Shown here: positions 1 to 9,548 of the stretch, one piece after another | How positions within the stretch are numbered: the first letter of the stretch is position 1 | Layout of the letters: every line of letters starts with the position of its first letter | Origin: Polyangiales bacterium | Lineage (GTDB): Bacteria; Myxococcota_A; Polyangia; Polyangiales; Ga0077539 | Length of the DNA: 64,000 nucleotides | Direction: 5' to 3' | Assembly (NCBI GenBank): GCA_044229975.1 | Contig: JBGARZ010000008.1 | Coordinates: 288,001-352,000 of the forward strand | Notes under the pieces: model-generated | The model's input: the letters and a program-made list of their open reading frames with translations, nothing else | The model's database searches: none | What the model was told of the DNA's origin: nothing | Made by a program: the position numbers and the translations under genes

Positions 1-360
1 GAAGGCGACCTCTTCCAGATAACGGGCGCCCGTCGTCGGGTCGATGCCCTCGCGCCGCACGCTCGCGTCCGTGGCGAAATCCGAGCGCTCGTCGGTGCGC
101 GTGAGCAGGTCGGTCGCGCCTCGCCATCCCGGGCGCAGGTGCGTGAACACCACCGCGTCGAGCTGCATGTGCGGGTCGGCATGGTCGGGCAGCGAGGGCG
201 ACGCCTGCACGCGCTCCCCACGCAGCACCTCGTAGTCCGTCTCCGGCTCGACCAGGCGCTGATCGACCCGTGGGCGCGGGTCTTCCAGCGGCTCGCCGAA
301 GGGTCCCGTGCCGTGCCCCGGCGCGGTCCATCCGTGGGTGTGGGGCGTCTTGGGGTCCAT
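1..360 (-). CDS. Uma2/DUF820-like endonuclease (myxobacterial type), 3' end outside window
   Basis: Hand translation from ATG at 360: MDPKTPH...VDQRLVEPETDYEVLRGERVQASPSLPDHADPH...ATDLLTRTDERSDFATDASVRREGIDPTTGARYLEEVAF; open to the window edge; not in the ORF track because it has no stop. Confidence 0.7.
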   Translation of the reverse strand, partial: MDPKTPHTHGWTAPGHGTGPFGEPLEDPRPRVDQRLVEPETDYEVLRGERVQASPSLPDHADPHMQLDAVVFTHLRPGWRGATDLLTRTDERSDFATDASVRREGIDPTTGARYLEEVAF

Positions 361-413
361 CGACGCCGGATGCTACGCCGCGGGTCGCGAGCGTTCCAGC
401 GAAGGAAGAACAG

Positions 414-866
414 TCAGCCCGCGCGCGGCAGCGAGACGACCACCAGCGTGAGCCCGGTGCCTTCGGTCGCGCGTTCGAGCGCCGCGCGAACGTCCGCCCA
501 CGAGAGCCCGCCGAGGCCCGCGCCGATGCGCGGCATCCCGACGCGGGTGACGCCCAGGGTCGCGGCCTCGCGCGCCATCGCAGCCACCGCGCGCTCGATG
601 TATTCGAGTCGGGCCTCAGTGCGCCAATGCGCCTGGGTGCCGAGGTTGAAGACGGTCGTCCCGCCCTCCTGCCAGACGAAGACGTCCCCCACCTGAAAGC
701 GTTTGTCGGCGCAGCGGGCCTTGTACTCGGCGTACATCCGCGGCCAGCGCTGCTTGAAGGGGACGGCGATGCCCTTGCCCATCGCGCCCGCGCAGTTGCA
801 ACCGTGCGCGAGCGCCGTCAGGTCGGGCTGCGCGAAGAGGTCCCCGGTGCGCTCCTCGATGCTCAT
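414..866 (-). CDS. Macrodomain protein (Poa1p/TARG1/DarG-like ADP-ribose processing)
   Basis: MSIEERTGDLF, HGCNCAGAMGKGIA, FNLGTQ, MPRIGAGLGGLSW motifs; about 150 aa from ATG 866. Confidence 0.88.
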   Translation of the reverse strand: MSIEERTGDLFAQPDLTALAHGCNCAGAMGKGIAVPFKQRWPRMYAEYKARCADKRFQVGDVFVWQEGGTTVFNLGTQAHWRTEARLEYIERAVAAMAREAATLGVTRVGMPRIGAGLGGLSWADVRAALERATEGTGLTLVVVSLPRAG

Positions 867-952
867 GGCGCCGGTGGGTAGCACGGGCTGGTGACGAACG
901 TGCGACGAGGACACGGTTGACGGGACGCCGGACACGGTGGCGTAGTACGGGC

Positions 953-2893
953 GTGAGCGACGCGAACGACAGCTTGAGCTCAAGTCCTCCAACAGTACTG
1001 ATCGTAACTGAGCAGCCAGACATCTATCGGGCGCTACGAGAGTTCCTGCGCTTATACGAGGAGAAGCAGGTTGCATCGGGAGCCTTCTGTGACATGGGAT
1101 TCGCCGACGCGCCGAATGGGCAATGGCGAGTCATGATGCCTTTGGGTATCGATTTTACCGATAATATTTCCGAAGTCATTTCGGACTGCGACCCACACCT
1201 CATAATTCTGATCAATGACGACAGCGAATGGGAGTTCCGGCAGGGTCGCTCGCTACCGGCATTGATCCCTATGGAGCTCGGCTTCGACATCGGAGACAAC
1301 TTCGAGTCATTCGACATCAATATCCCTCGGAAGATCGCCTCGCTGCTTAGCCGAGTGCGCATGCGAGGATGGCTACAGACATCCGGCGACCCACTCGATT
1401 TTGAGCTTCGAGACGCCCACGCAATGTCTAGCTCTGTCCTTTGCAGAACAGCTAAACACGCCGCCGCCGAGAGCCGGCACTGCTTTTTGATATCCTTCCA
1501 CGATTGCTCCGACTATGGGGCGACCTCACTTATCGCGACATTACTGCGTAACCTGCCAATCGACGACACGTCTCATGGCCCCAACAGGCCCACTCCAACC
1601 AAGGCACCCGAGCCACCTTCCTTCGCGCTCGACGGTGCGATCGAAGTCCACGGATTCATCGCGCACTACGAAATGCGCTCGCTCCGCATGCTCGATCACA
1701 TCCTCTGGCAATCGCCCCCTGAGCCAGCGGGTTGGCAGGTGATCCTCGGCGACAACGCATCCGGGAAGACCAGCCTTCTACGTGCAATAGCTCTCTGCCT
1801 CCTCGACCGCAGCGAACGTGATGCCCTCCGCCAGAGTTGGGACACGTGGCTTCGTCGGGGGTCCGCCGACGGCAGCGTCTGTGTCGATCTCACCGAGACC
1901 GATGCCCCAACAGCGTCCCTGAAATTCGCGCTCCAACGTGTCCGCCCCGCGAAGGACACCACTGAATCTTCCGTTGTCGACATTCACAGTTCTGAGCGCA
2001 GCCGCTACGCCGACTTCCTCGCCGCGTACGGTCCGTTCCGCCGCTTCACCGGGGGCGATGCCGAGTGGGTCAAGTCCTTCAAGACCCACCCGCGCCTCCA
2101 GAGCGTCCTCACACTCTTCGATGAGCGCGCTGCCCTCTCCGATGCGCTGGAGTGGCTCAAGGATCTCTGGGTTCGCGCCCGCACCCAACAGCCCACTCCC
2201 CCCGAAGCCGCCTTCCTCGCCGAGCTTCTCTCCTTCATCAATGAGACCGGCTTCCTCCCCGAGGGCGTCACCATCGAGGAGCCCGACGCCGACGGCGTCT
2301 GGTGCCGCGACGGCAACGGTCTCCGTGTGCCTGCGATCGAGCTCTCCGACGGCTACCGCTCCGTCCTGAGCCTCGCGCTCGACCTGCTCCGCCGACTCTC
2401 CGCCGAGCACGGCTACGACAAGGTCTTCGCAACGTCCCCCACGCGCCATGTCGCCCTCGGCGGCATCGTGCTCATCGACGAGGTCGACGCCCACCTCCAC
2501 CCGCGCTGGCAGCAGCGCATCGGGTTCTGGTTCAAGGAGCACTTCCCGCGGATGCAGTTCATCGTGGCGACGCACAGCCCGATCGTCTGCCAGGCCGCGG
2601 ACTCCGTGATGTTGCTCCCCACGCCCGGCGACGACGCCGCGCCGCGCATGGCGACGAAGGAGGAGCTCGACCGCCTTCGCTACGGCGATCTCCTCGACGC
2701 GTTCTCCACCGACTTCTTCGGCGAGCGAGTGACGCGATCACAGGCTGGGCGCGAGAAGCTCGACCGCCTCGCCGAGCTCAACGACGAGATGATCGCTCGC
2801 GAGCTCTCCCCCGAAGAGCATGCAGAGCAGCGGCAGCTCCGCTTGGAGCTCGGAACGACGGGCGCGGTGGCCTCGACCGAGGCAGCGGAGTGA
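953..2893 (+). CDS. ABC-type AAA ATPase (PtuA/AAA_21-like) with an extra ~200-aa N-terminal domain
   Basis: Walker A GDNASGKT, signature LSDGY, Walker B VLIDEVDAHLHP, H-switch ATHSP; start uncertain (TTG 917 or GTG 953). Confidence 0.85.
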   Translation: MSDANDSLSSSPPTVLIVTEQPDIYRALREFLRLYEEKQVASGAFCDMGFADAPNGQWRVMMPLGIDFTDNISEVISDCDPHLIILINDDSEWEFRQGRSLPALIPMELGFDIGDNFESFDINIPRKIASLLSRVRMRGWLQTSGDPLDFELRDAHAMSSSVLCRTAKHAAAESRHCFLISFHDCSDYGATSLIATLLRNLPIDDTSHGPNRPTPTKAPEPPSFALDGAIEVHGFIAHYEMRSLRMLDHILWQSPPEPAGWQVILGDNASGKTSLLRAIALCLLDRSERDALRQSWDTWLRRGSADGSVCVDLTETDAPTASLKFALQRVRPAKDTTESSVVDIHSSERSRYADFLAAYGPFRRFTGGDAEWVKSFKTHPRLQSVLTLFDERAALSDALEWLKDLWVRARTQQPTPPEAAFLAELLSFINETGFLPEGVTIEEPDADGVWCRDGNGLRVPAIELSDGYRSVLSLALDLLRRLSAEHGYDKVFATSPTRHVALGGIVLIDEVDAHLHPRWQQRIGFWFKEHFPRMQFIVATHSPIVCQAADSVMLLPTPGDDAAPRMATKEELDRLRYGDLLDAFSTDFFGERVTRSQAGREKLDRLAELNDEMIARELSPEEHAEQRQLRLELGTTGAVASTEAAE

Positions 2894-3693
2894 TCCGGGC
2901 GTCCGTCGCCACCCTCCCCGACGCGACGCTCACCGACCTGCTCACATGGCAGGGAGAGGTCGACGGCGCGGGTGACTACGCAGCGCGCATCGAGGCCGCC
3001 GAGGTCGAGTTCAAGCGCCGCCGACCGCAGGCGCCCTTTCGCCCCGTGATCAGCGCGCTCACAGCGATGTGCTCCGGCTCGCAGCGCTGCATGTACTGCG
3101 AGGACAACTGCGCCGACGAGGTCGAGCACCACCATCCGAAGGCGCTCTATCCCGAGCTGGTGTTCGCGTGGGCCAACTTTCTCTTCGCGTGTTCGCGTTG
3201 CAACCGTCGCAAGTCGACGAGGTTCCCGCTGTTCGCACCCTCCCCGCCAACGATCGTGACCTTCGTACCAGTGAACGCGAAGCAGCCGCTGCCGCCACCC
3301 GCCGGGATATCTGTTCTGCTCGATCCGCGACGGGATGACCCGCACGCGTTCTTACGACTCGACCTGCGGGACACGTTCCAGTTCCGCGCCGCGGCGGCGA
3401 AGGGAAGCGTCGAGCACCTGCGCGCGTCGAAGACCATCGAGGTGCTCGGACTCAACGATCGGAGCGAGCTACGCAAGCACCGTGAGGCGGTCTATGAATC
3501 GCACCTGAGCCACCTGCATCGGGCCGCAGCCGCACGCCGCGACCCCGCGCGCGTGGCGGAAGTCACTCGCATCCGCAACGCGGTGCACGGGCTCTCATGC
3601 GGCATCGTCTGGTTCGAGATGAAGCGTCGTCGGAGCGAGATCTCGGAGGTAGGTGCGGCCTTCGCCGCGATCCCCGAAGCCCTCGATTGGTGA
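2890..3693 (+). CDS. HNH endonuclease (PtuB-like), translationally coupled to the ATPase
   Basis: GTG start overlaps the ATPase stop (GTGA 2890-2893); CMYCE..EVEHHHPK..FAWANFLFACSRCNRRK, LLDPRRDDP, TIEVLGLND. Confidence 0.85.
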   Translation: MIRASVATLPDATLTDLLTWQGEVDGAGDYAARIEAAEVEFKRRRPQAPFRPVISALTAMCSGSQRCMYCEDNCADEVEHHHPKALYPELVFAWANFLFACSRCNRRKSTRFPLFAPSPPTIVTFVPVNAKQPLPPPAGISVLLDPRRDDPHAFLRLDLRDTFQFRAAAAKGSVEHLRASKTIEVLGLNDRSELRKHREAVYESHLSHLHRAAAARRDPARVAEVTRIRNAVHGLSCGIVWFEMKRRRSEISEVGAAFAAIPEALDW

Positions 3694-3745
3694 GGCCGAC
3701 GCGGTCGAGCTCATCGCCCGCGTCGCCCGCCCCTGATCCCTCCGC

Positions 3746-6157
3746 TCACCCCTTCAACCAGAACGCCGTAAACGCATCCCCGCCATCCTGCGGATCAGCC
3801 GCCCGCGACGCCCGCACCCACGGCGACCGCTTGAGGTGCTCGCGCACCGCCAGCTTCAGCGCGCCGGTCCCGTGCCCGTGCAGCACGTACCCCGTCGTCG
3901 ACCCCTGACCGAGCACCCGGTCGAGGAAGGTGTCCACCATCCCCAGCGCGTCGTCGGCCCGCAGCCCCCGCACGTCGCAGGTGTTGGAGTCCACCCGCAG
4001 CGATCGCTCCAACGGCGCATCCGCCGCCACCGCGCCACCGCCGTTGCGAGCACGCCCACCTTCCGCCTCGGCGCCGTCGTCCTTGGCGCTCTCGGCGAGC
4101 ACCTCCTCGACGGTCACCAGCAGCTTCAGCGCCCCGGCCGCCACGCGAACCTGTCCGCGCGACGGCGCCTCCAGCACCTCCACCGTGTTGCCCAGCCGCG
4201 GAACCCACACCTTCATGCCAGGCCGCAGCTCCTCTTCGCGCACCGTCCGTCGCGACACGTTGGCCGGCTTCAGCGCCTCCAGCCCCTTGCCCAGCGCGCC
4301 GTCGAGCGAGGCCAGCTTCGCCACCTCGCTCACCGCCCGCTCCGCCTCGCGGACCTCGGCCTCGCCCGCCTTCTTGCGCCGCAGCTTGGCCTGCGCGTCA
4401 CGCAGCTCTTCGCGCGCGCTCCGCAGCAGGCCCACCAGCTCCGAGCCCTCGCGTGACAAGCGCTCGCGTTCCTTCACGCGCAGCGCGTGCTTCTCCGCTT
4501 CGAGCTCGACCCGCAGCGCCGTGATGACCCGCGACTCCTCCTCGACCGCCGCCCGCGCCAGCCGCGCCGCGCGCTCCTCGTCCTGCAAGCGACGCAGCAC
4601 GTCCTCGCGGCTCCCCGCGTGCTCGGGGAGCAACCCCCTCGCGCGCTCGACCACCTCGGCGTCGACGCCGAAGCGCCTGGCCACCGCCAGCGCGCTCGAC
4701 GCGCCCGGAACCCCCATGGTCACCGTGAACGTCGGCGCCATGCTCGCGAGGTCGAAGCCCACCGACGCGTTGACGAAGCGGTCGTCGCGCACGGCCAGCG
4801 TCTTGAGCAGCTCGTAGTGCGTCGTCACGGCCACCGCCGCGCCGCGCGCCGCCAGCGTCTCCAGCACCGCCGCGGCGAGGGCCGAGCCCTCTTCGGGGTC
4901 GGTTCCGCCGGCGAGCTCGTCGAGCAACACCAACGCACCGGGGCGCACCGCGCGAAGAACGTCCGCGAGGTTGCTCACGTGCGCGCTGAAGGTGGAGAGG
5001 TTCTTGGCGAGCGACTGGTCGTCGCCCACGTCGCAGAACACCGGGTCGAACCAACCGACCCGCGAGCCCTCCTGCACCGGCAACGGCAGCCCCGCGCGCA
5101 CCATCATGGCCGCGAGCCCGAGCGTCTTCAGCGCCACGGTCTTGCCGCCCGCGTTGGGCCCCGACACCACCAGCACCCGACCCGCCCGCAGCGCGAGGTC
5201 GTTGGGAACCACCGCCTCCGACGACAGCGCCAGCAGCGGGTGCCGCGCGCGACGCAGGTCGAGCACCGGCTCGGACTCCGGCTCGATCGCGATGGCCTTG
5301 AGGTCGTCACCGAGCCGCACGATGGCGCCCAGCAGGTCACCCGTCACGCACGCCCGGTGCGCCTCTTCGAGCTCGCGCACTTCCTCACGGCAGCGCTCGG
5401 CGAGCTCCATGAGCACGCGGGCTTCTTCGCGTTCCATTTCGGCGGTGAGCACCTTGAGCTGGTTGCCCAGCACCATCACCGGCCGCGGCTCGATGAAGAG
5501 CGTCGCCCCCGAGCCCGACGACCCGTGCACGATGCCCGGCACCTTGATGTGCGAGTCGGACCGCACCGGCAGCACATAGCGTCCGTCGCGCTGCGTGTAG
5601 AAGCGGTCTTGCAGCACCGCGGCGTACTTCGCGATGAACTCCTCCAGCCGCGCCACGACGCGCCCGCGCATGTCGTGCACCTGCCGACGACAGCGCGCGA
5701 GGTCGGCGCTGGCGCGGTCGGCGAGCGATCCGTCCGGGTCGATGGCGTGGTCGAGCGTGGCCAGCAGTCGGTCGAGGGACTGCTCGCTGTGGAGCGCGGC
5801 CGCGAGCGTCGGGTGCGTGGCCTTGCGGGCCTGCGACCAGCGGCGGAGCGTGTGGGCGGTGCGCATCACCTCGCGGAGCTGGTGCAGCTCCGGGGCGCTC
5901 ACTTCGGCGACGCGTTCGATGCGCGCGATGACCTCGGTGACGTCGGGCAGCGGGCCCGTCGGGATGGGGTCACCGTCGCGCGCGGCGCGCAGCGCCTCGG
6001 TGGTGCGGCGCATGCGGTCGCGGGCGTCGTCGAGGGTCTCGGCGGGCGAGAGCTCGAGCGCGAGGTGCTGGGCCTGGCCGCTCTGGCAGCGGGCGGCGAG
6101 GTGCGCGGTGAGCGCGGGCCATTCGAGGTCGTGGATGGACTTATTGGAAGGTTGCAT
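3746..6157 (-). CDS. mutS2: Endonuclease MutS2
   Basis: DLEW N-terminus, GIVHGSSGSGATLFIEP, SGPNAGGKT, DVGDDQSL..NLSTFSAH, LLDELAGGTDPEEG, coiled coil, KOW, C-terminal Smr domain (HGHGTGAL). Confidence 0.96.
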   Translation of the reverse strand: MQPSNKSIHDLEWPALTAHLAARCQSGQAQHLALELSPAETLDDARDRMRRTTEALRAARDGDPIPTGPLPDVTEVIARIERVAEVSAPELHQLREVMRTAHTLRRWSQARKATHPTLAAALHSEQSLDRLLATLDHAIDPDGSLADRASADLARCRRQVHDMRGRVVARLEEFIAKYAAVLQDRFYTQRDGRYVLPVRSDSHIKVPGIVHGSSGSGATLFIEPRPVMVLGNQLKVLTAEMEREEARVLMELAERCREEVRELEEAHRACVTGDLLGAIVRLGDDLKAIAIEPESEPVLDLRRARHPLLALSSEAVVPNDLALRAGRVLVVSGPNAGGKTVALKTLGLAAMMVRAGLPLPVQEGSRVGWFDPVFCDVGDDQSLAKNLSTFSAHVSNLADVLRAVRPGALVLLDELAGGTDPEEGSALAAAVLETLAARGAAVAVTTHYELLKTLAVRDDRFVNASVGFDLASMAPTFTVTMGVPGASSALAVARRFGVDAEVVERARGLLPEHAGSREDVLRRLQDEERAARLARAAVEEESRVITALRVELEAEKHALRVKERERLSREGSELVGLLRSAREELRDAQAKLRRKKAGEAEVREAERAVSEVAKLASLDGALGKGLEALKPANVSRRTVREEELRPGMKVWVPRLGNTVEVLEAPSRGQVRVAAGALKLLVTVEEVLAESAKDDGAEAEGGRARNGGGAVAADAPLERSLRVDSNTCDVRGLRADDALGMVDTFLDRVLGQGSTTGYVLHGHGTGALKLAVREHLKRSPWVRASRAADPQDGGDAFTAFWLKG

Positions 6158-6461
6158 GACGAAGCCTTCGGGGACGGGCGTCGGGTCGACGGCGACAGGC
6201 GCGCCGGTAGCGACGATGGATTGGGACCGATCAAGCTGTGGTGGGAGGGAGAGACCGGGTCTAGACCCCAGGACGGGGAACACCGGTGCAGAACGAGCGA
6301 AGCGCGCGGAGTGCTAGCAAACGGGGCGATCGCTCGCAAGGCGAACGGGCAACTGAACCAATGATCACCGAAAATTTGATCGCCCGTCGGACCTGATCGA
6401 CAACGAGTTCGTCGCCCGGCCGAGTGGGGCTTTGAGAGGCGACGCAACGAGGAGAACACCG

Positions 6462-7217
6462 ATGAGCAAGACGCCGACGTACGCCTACGGAACCTTCATC
6501 TGGCGCGAGATCTCGACCCCCGACGTGGCCGCGTCGAAGCGGTTCTACGGCGAGGTCTTCGGGTGGAACTTCACCGACATGCCGATGGGGGAGTTCACGT
6601 ACACGATGATCGGCGCGGGCGAGCGCGGCATCGGCGGCATGACCCCGCTCGACCCATCCACGGGCGCGCCCCCGAACTGGATCAGCACCATCTCCGTCGA
6701 GGACACCGACGCCACGGCGAAGGCCGCTGTCGACGCGGGCGGCACGCAGGTGGTTCCGCCCGGCGACATCGAGGGCTACGGCCGCTTCGCGCTGGTGACG
6801 TCCACCGACGGGACGCTCATCTCGCTGATGCACCAGTTCGACGGCGACCAGCCCGTCGACCGGATGCCGACGGTCGGGGAGTTCTGCTGGGAGCACCTCA
6901 ACACCGCCAACGTCGAAGCCTCGAAGGCCTTCTACGGCAAGGTCTTCGGTTGGGAGGTCGGCACCAACGAGGGCGGCCTCGGGGTGCTCAAGCTCGGCGA
7001 CAAGACCGTGGCGTCGATCACCCCGGCGGATCCCGGCGCGCCGTCGCACTGGCTCACCTACGTGGTCGTCGACGACCTCGCCGCCGCCCGCGCGCGCGTC
7101 GTCAACAACGGCGGTAAGGTGCTCGCCGAGGAGCACGCCGTCCCCGGCATCGGCCGCTTCGCCGTCGTCACCGACAACGTCGGCGCGGTGATCTGCCCCT
7201 TCCAGCCCGCGACCTGA
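6462..7217 (+). CDS. VOC/glyoxalase family protein, two domains
   Basis: Duplicated GxFxWxE(L/I)..FYGxVFGW..W..Y..VDD..GRFA modules; GAGGAG RBS upstream. Confidence 0.9.
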   Translation: MSKTPTYAYGTFIWREISTPDVAASKRFYGEVFGWNFTDMPMGEFTYTMIGAGERGIGGMTPLDPSTGAPPNWISTISVEDTDATAKAAVDAGGTQVVPPGDIEGYGRFALVTSTDGTLISLMHQFDGDQPVDRMPTVGEFCWEHLNTANVEASKAFYGKVFGWEVGTNEGGLGVLKLGDKTVASITPADPGAPSHWLTYVVVDDLAAARARVVNNGGKVLAEEHAVPGIGRFAVVTDNVGAVICPFQPAT

Positions 7218-7226
7218 TTCGGCTCC

Positions 7227-8030
7227 CTACGGCGCGAGCCAGCGCCGGCCCGACAGCGACCCCACCACCACCCCCACCACCAGCGGAACCACATGCGACA
7301 CCAGCGTGTGGTCGAGGTCCATCACCGGGCAGTGGAGGTGCTGCACCAGCGCGCCCACGAGGCCCGCGCCGAGGCCCGCCACCGCACCCGCGGTCACCGG
7401 ATTCACCGCCGCGCTCCGCCGCGCTCCGTAGAACACCACCAGCCCCGCCGCCGCCGCGAAGAGCGTCCCATGCATCCCGCACGTCACCCGCGCCTGCCAC
7501 GCCTCCGCGCCCGCGAGGTGCACCGACCCCTCCACCGGAACCGTCACCGCCGCCATCACCAGCTCGAAGCACGCGAAGACCACCGCCATCACCGTCCACC
7601 GCAGCCGCGCCGGGAGACCGAGCCCGCTGCGACCACCGTGGAGCAACAACGCCAGCGACACCGCCAGGCCGGAGACCACCGCGCCGAGGCCCAGGCCCAG
7701 GTGCGCCGCCGACTGGTGCGCGAGGTCGCCCCGCGGTCGCATCCTCACCATCACCGCCGCCAGCGCCGCCGCCACCGCCACGACGGGCAGCGCGCGCCGC
7801 CACGGGTCGAGCGCCGTCACGGGCCGCGCGTCGCGAGCCAGCGCCTCACGCAGCACGGGCGGGAGCTCCTCGTCGGCCTCGACGTCCGTCACCCGTTGCG
7901 CCGCCGACATGCGCGCATCGGCGGCGACCAGCGCACCACACACGGCGCAGCCCTCGGCGTGCCTTCGCTGCACGGCGTCGAGGGCCTTCCCCTCCGCGAG
8001 TGTATCGAGCACCCGATCGCAGTCGCTCAT
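7227..8030 (-). CDS. NrsF/DUF1109-like membrane anti-sigma factor
   Basis: N-terminal HxxxCxxC (HAEGCAVC), about 6 TM segments, LHCP..H...H motif; ATGA overlap with the sigma factor. Confidence 0.8.
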   Translation of the reverse strand: MSDCDRVLDTLAEGKALDAVQRRHAEGCAVCGALVAADARMSAAQRVTDVEADEELPPVLREALARDARPVTALDPWRRALPVVAVAAALAAVMVRMRPRGDLAHQSAAHLGLGLGAVVSGLAVSLALLLHGGRSGLGLPARLRWTVMAVVFACFELVMAAVTVPVEGSVHLAGAEAWQARVTCGMHGTLFAAAAGLVVFYGARRSAAVNPVTAGAVAGLGAGLVGALVQHLHCPVMDLDHTLVSHVVPLVVGVVVGSLSGRRWLAP

Positions 8031-8590
8031 TCCGTCCTCCCGAGGCCGAGCGCGCGGCGCAGCGCTTCGTACCCGCGATGCGCCCGCACCTTGAGGTTGC
8101 CCGGGCTGATGCCCGCGACGTCGGCGGCCTCGGCCACCGACAAGCCCTCGACCTTCAACAACACAATGGCCTCGCGCTGCGGCGCGGGGAGCGCATCGAG
8201 TCCACGCTGGAGCGCGTCGAGGGCGTCGGTGCTCAGCGCCTCGAAGCCCTTCGGCGACGCGGCGTCGGCCAGCGGCTCGGGGAGCTGTCCGTCGTCGCTC
8301 AGGGCCTCCGGGCGACGGCGTCGGTAGCGCAGGTGATCGAGCCAGGTGCGCCTCGCGATGGCGAACATCCACGGCTCGACGGGGGCGCCCGCGCGGTAGG
8401 TGTCCCTCGCCTGGTGCACCTTGAGGAAGGTCGCCTGCGTGAGGTCCTCCGCGAGGCGCGCGTCACCGCAGAGCCCGCGCAGGAAGCCCCGCAGTCGCGG
8501 CGCGAGGCGGCGGTACACCCGCTCGAAGCCGGCGGCGTCGCCCCGCTGGAACGCCTCCATGCACGCCTCCAACGGCTCGTCGACGCTCAT
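8027..8590 (-). CDS. ECF RNA polymerase sigma factor
   Basis: AEDLTQATFLKVH, WMFAIARR, LPAPQREAIVLLKVEGLSVAEAA..KVRAHRG. Confidence 0.93.
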   Translation of the reverse strand: MSVDEPLEACMEAFQRGDAAGFERVYRRLAPRLRGFLRGLCGDARLAEDLTQATFLKVHQARDTYRAGAPVEPWMFAIARRTWLDHLRYRRRRPEALSDDGQLPEPLADAASPKGFEALSTDALDALQRGLDALPAPQREAIVLLKVEGLSVAEAADVAGISPGNLKVRAHRGYEALRRALGLGRTE

Positions 8591-8682
8591 CAGCGGGCCA
8601 AACCGTACCGCACTCTCAAAGCCTTCGACGAGGGCCAACACCACCCGTGTATTCGCCGCTACCCCTCCCGGCGGTTACACCA

Positions 8683-9429
8683 TCAACGCGCGATGTCGGG
8701 CTCGACCGGGCGCAGCACGCTGAGCGCCCCGAGAATCACCTGCTCGGTCAGCTCGTTGCTGCCCGCCTGGAGCGCCCCCGGAACCGTCACCCGATAGCCC
8801 CGCTGGAGCGCGTCGATGGCCGTCGCGTACAGGTGGATCTCCGTGATGCAGCCGGTGATCTCCAGCGCGTTGACGCCGAGGCCGCGCAGCGTCTGGTCGA
8901 GCGCCGTGTCCGAGAAGACCGAGTAGTGCCGGTGGGCAATCACCACGTCGCCCGGCTGCGGGGCGAGCGCGGGCCACACGCTCGCAGCAGGGTCACCCGT
9001 GTTGTGGTGCGGCCAGTTGAGGAGGTCGGGGTCGCCCGGCTCGTGGTGGTCGCAGAGGTACAGCACCGGCTCGCCCGCCGCGCGCGCTGCCGACAATCGG
9101 GCGCTCATGGCCGGGACGATGTCGCGAGCGCGCGGAACCTCCAGCGCCGACCCCGGCGTGAGGTGATCGACGAGCATGTCGACGACCACCACCGCGGTCT
9201 TCGTGGTCACCACCGGGACGGCGTCGAGCGCTGCGAGGAGCCGCGCGCGCAGACCCGCCGACGGAGCGACGGGGTCGAGCCCGAGTCCGAGCACCCCGAC
9301 CACCTCGCGGGTCTCGTCGACCTCGGCGAGGAGCGCCGACTGCCCTGCGAGGCTCGCATCGACGGCGCGCGAGGGCGTCCCCGCAAGAATGCGGGCGAGG
9401 ATGTGGTCGAGGGTGGAGTCGTCGGTCAT
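8683..9429 (-). CDS. Anti-sigma-like N-terminus fused to an isochorismatase/cysteine-hydrolase domain with substituted catalytic residues
   Basis: EVDETREVVGVL..PVAPSAGLRARLLAAL, then VVVVDML, DHH, WPHH, IAHRHYSVF, ITGCITEIHLYATAIDALQRGY. Confidence 0.75.
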   Translation of the reverse strand: MTDDSTLDHILARILAGTPSRAVDASLAGQSALLAEVDETREVVGVLGLGLDPVAPSAGLRARLLAALDAVPVVTTKTAVVVVDMLVDHLTPGSALEVPRARDIVPAMSARLSAARAAGEPVLYLCDHHEPGDPDLLNWPHHNTGDPAASVWPALAPQPGDVVIAHRHYSVFSDTALDQTLRGLGVNALEITGCITEIHLYATAIDALQRGYRVTVPGALQAGSNELTEQVILGALSVLRPVEPDIAR

Positions 9430-9548
9430 GGGTGCTGAAGGGGAGAGGCGCTTCTTGGGATGGGGAAGGCTCTCATCGGGGCTCTACGGCGCCGTGCGTC
9501 ACTCGGATTCAATGTCTCGACCCGTCGGCGCGCCGGGGATGATAGTGC

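Noticed and set aside
867..3693. Type I-A retron
   Set aside because: The PtuAB-like pair is present, but no RT gene or convincing msr-msd lies next to it
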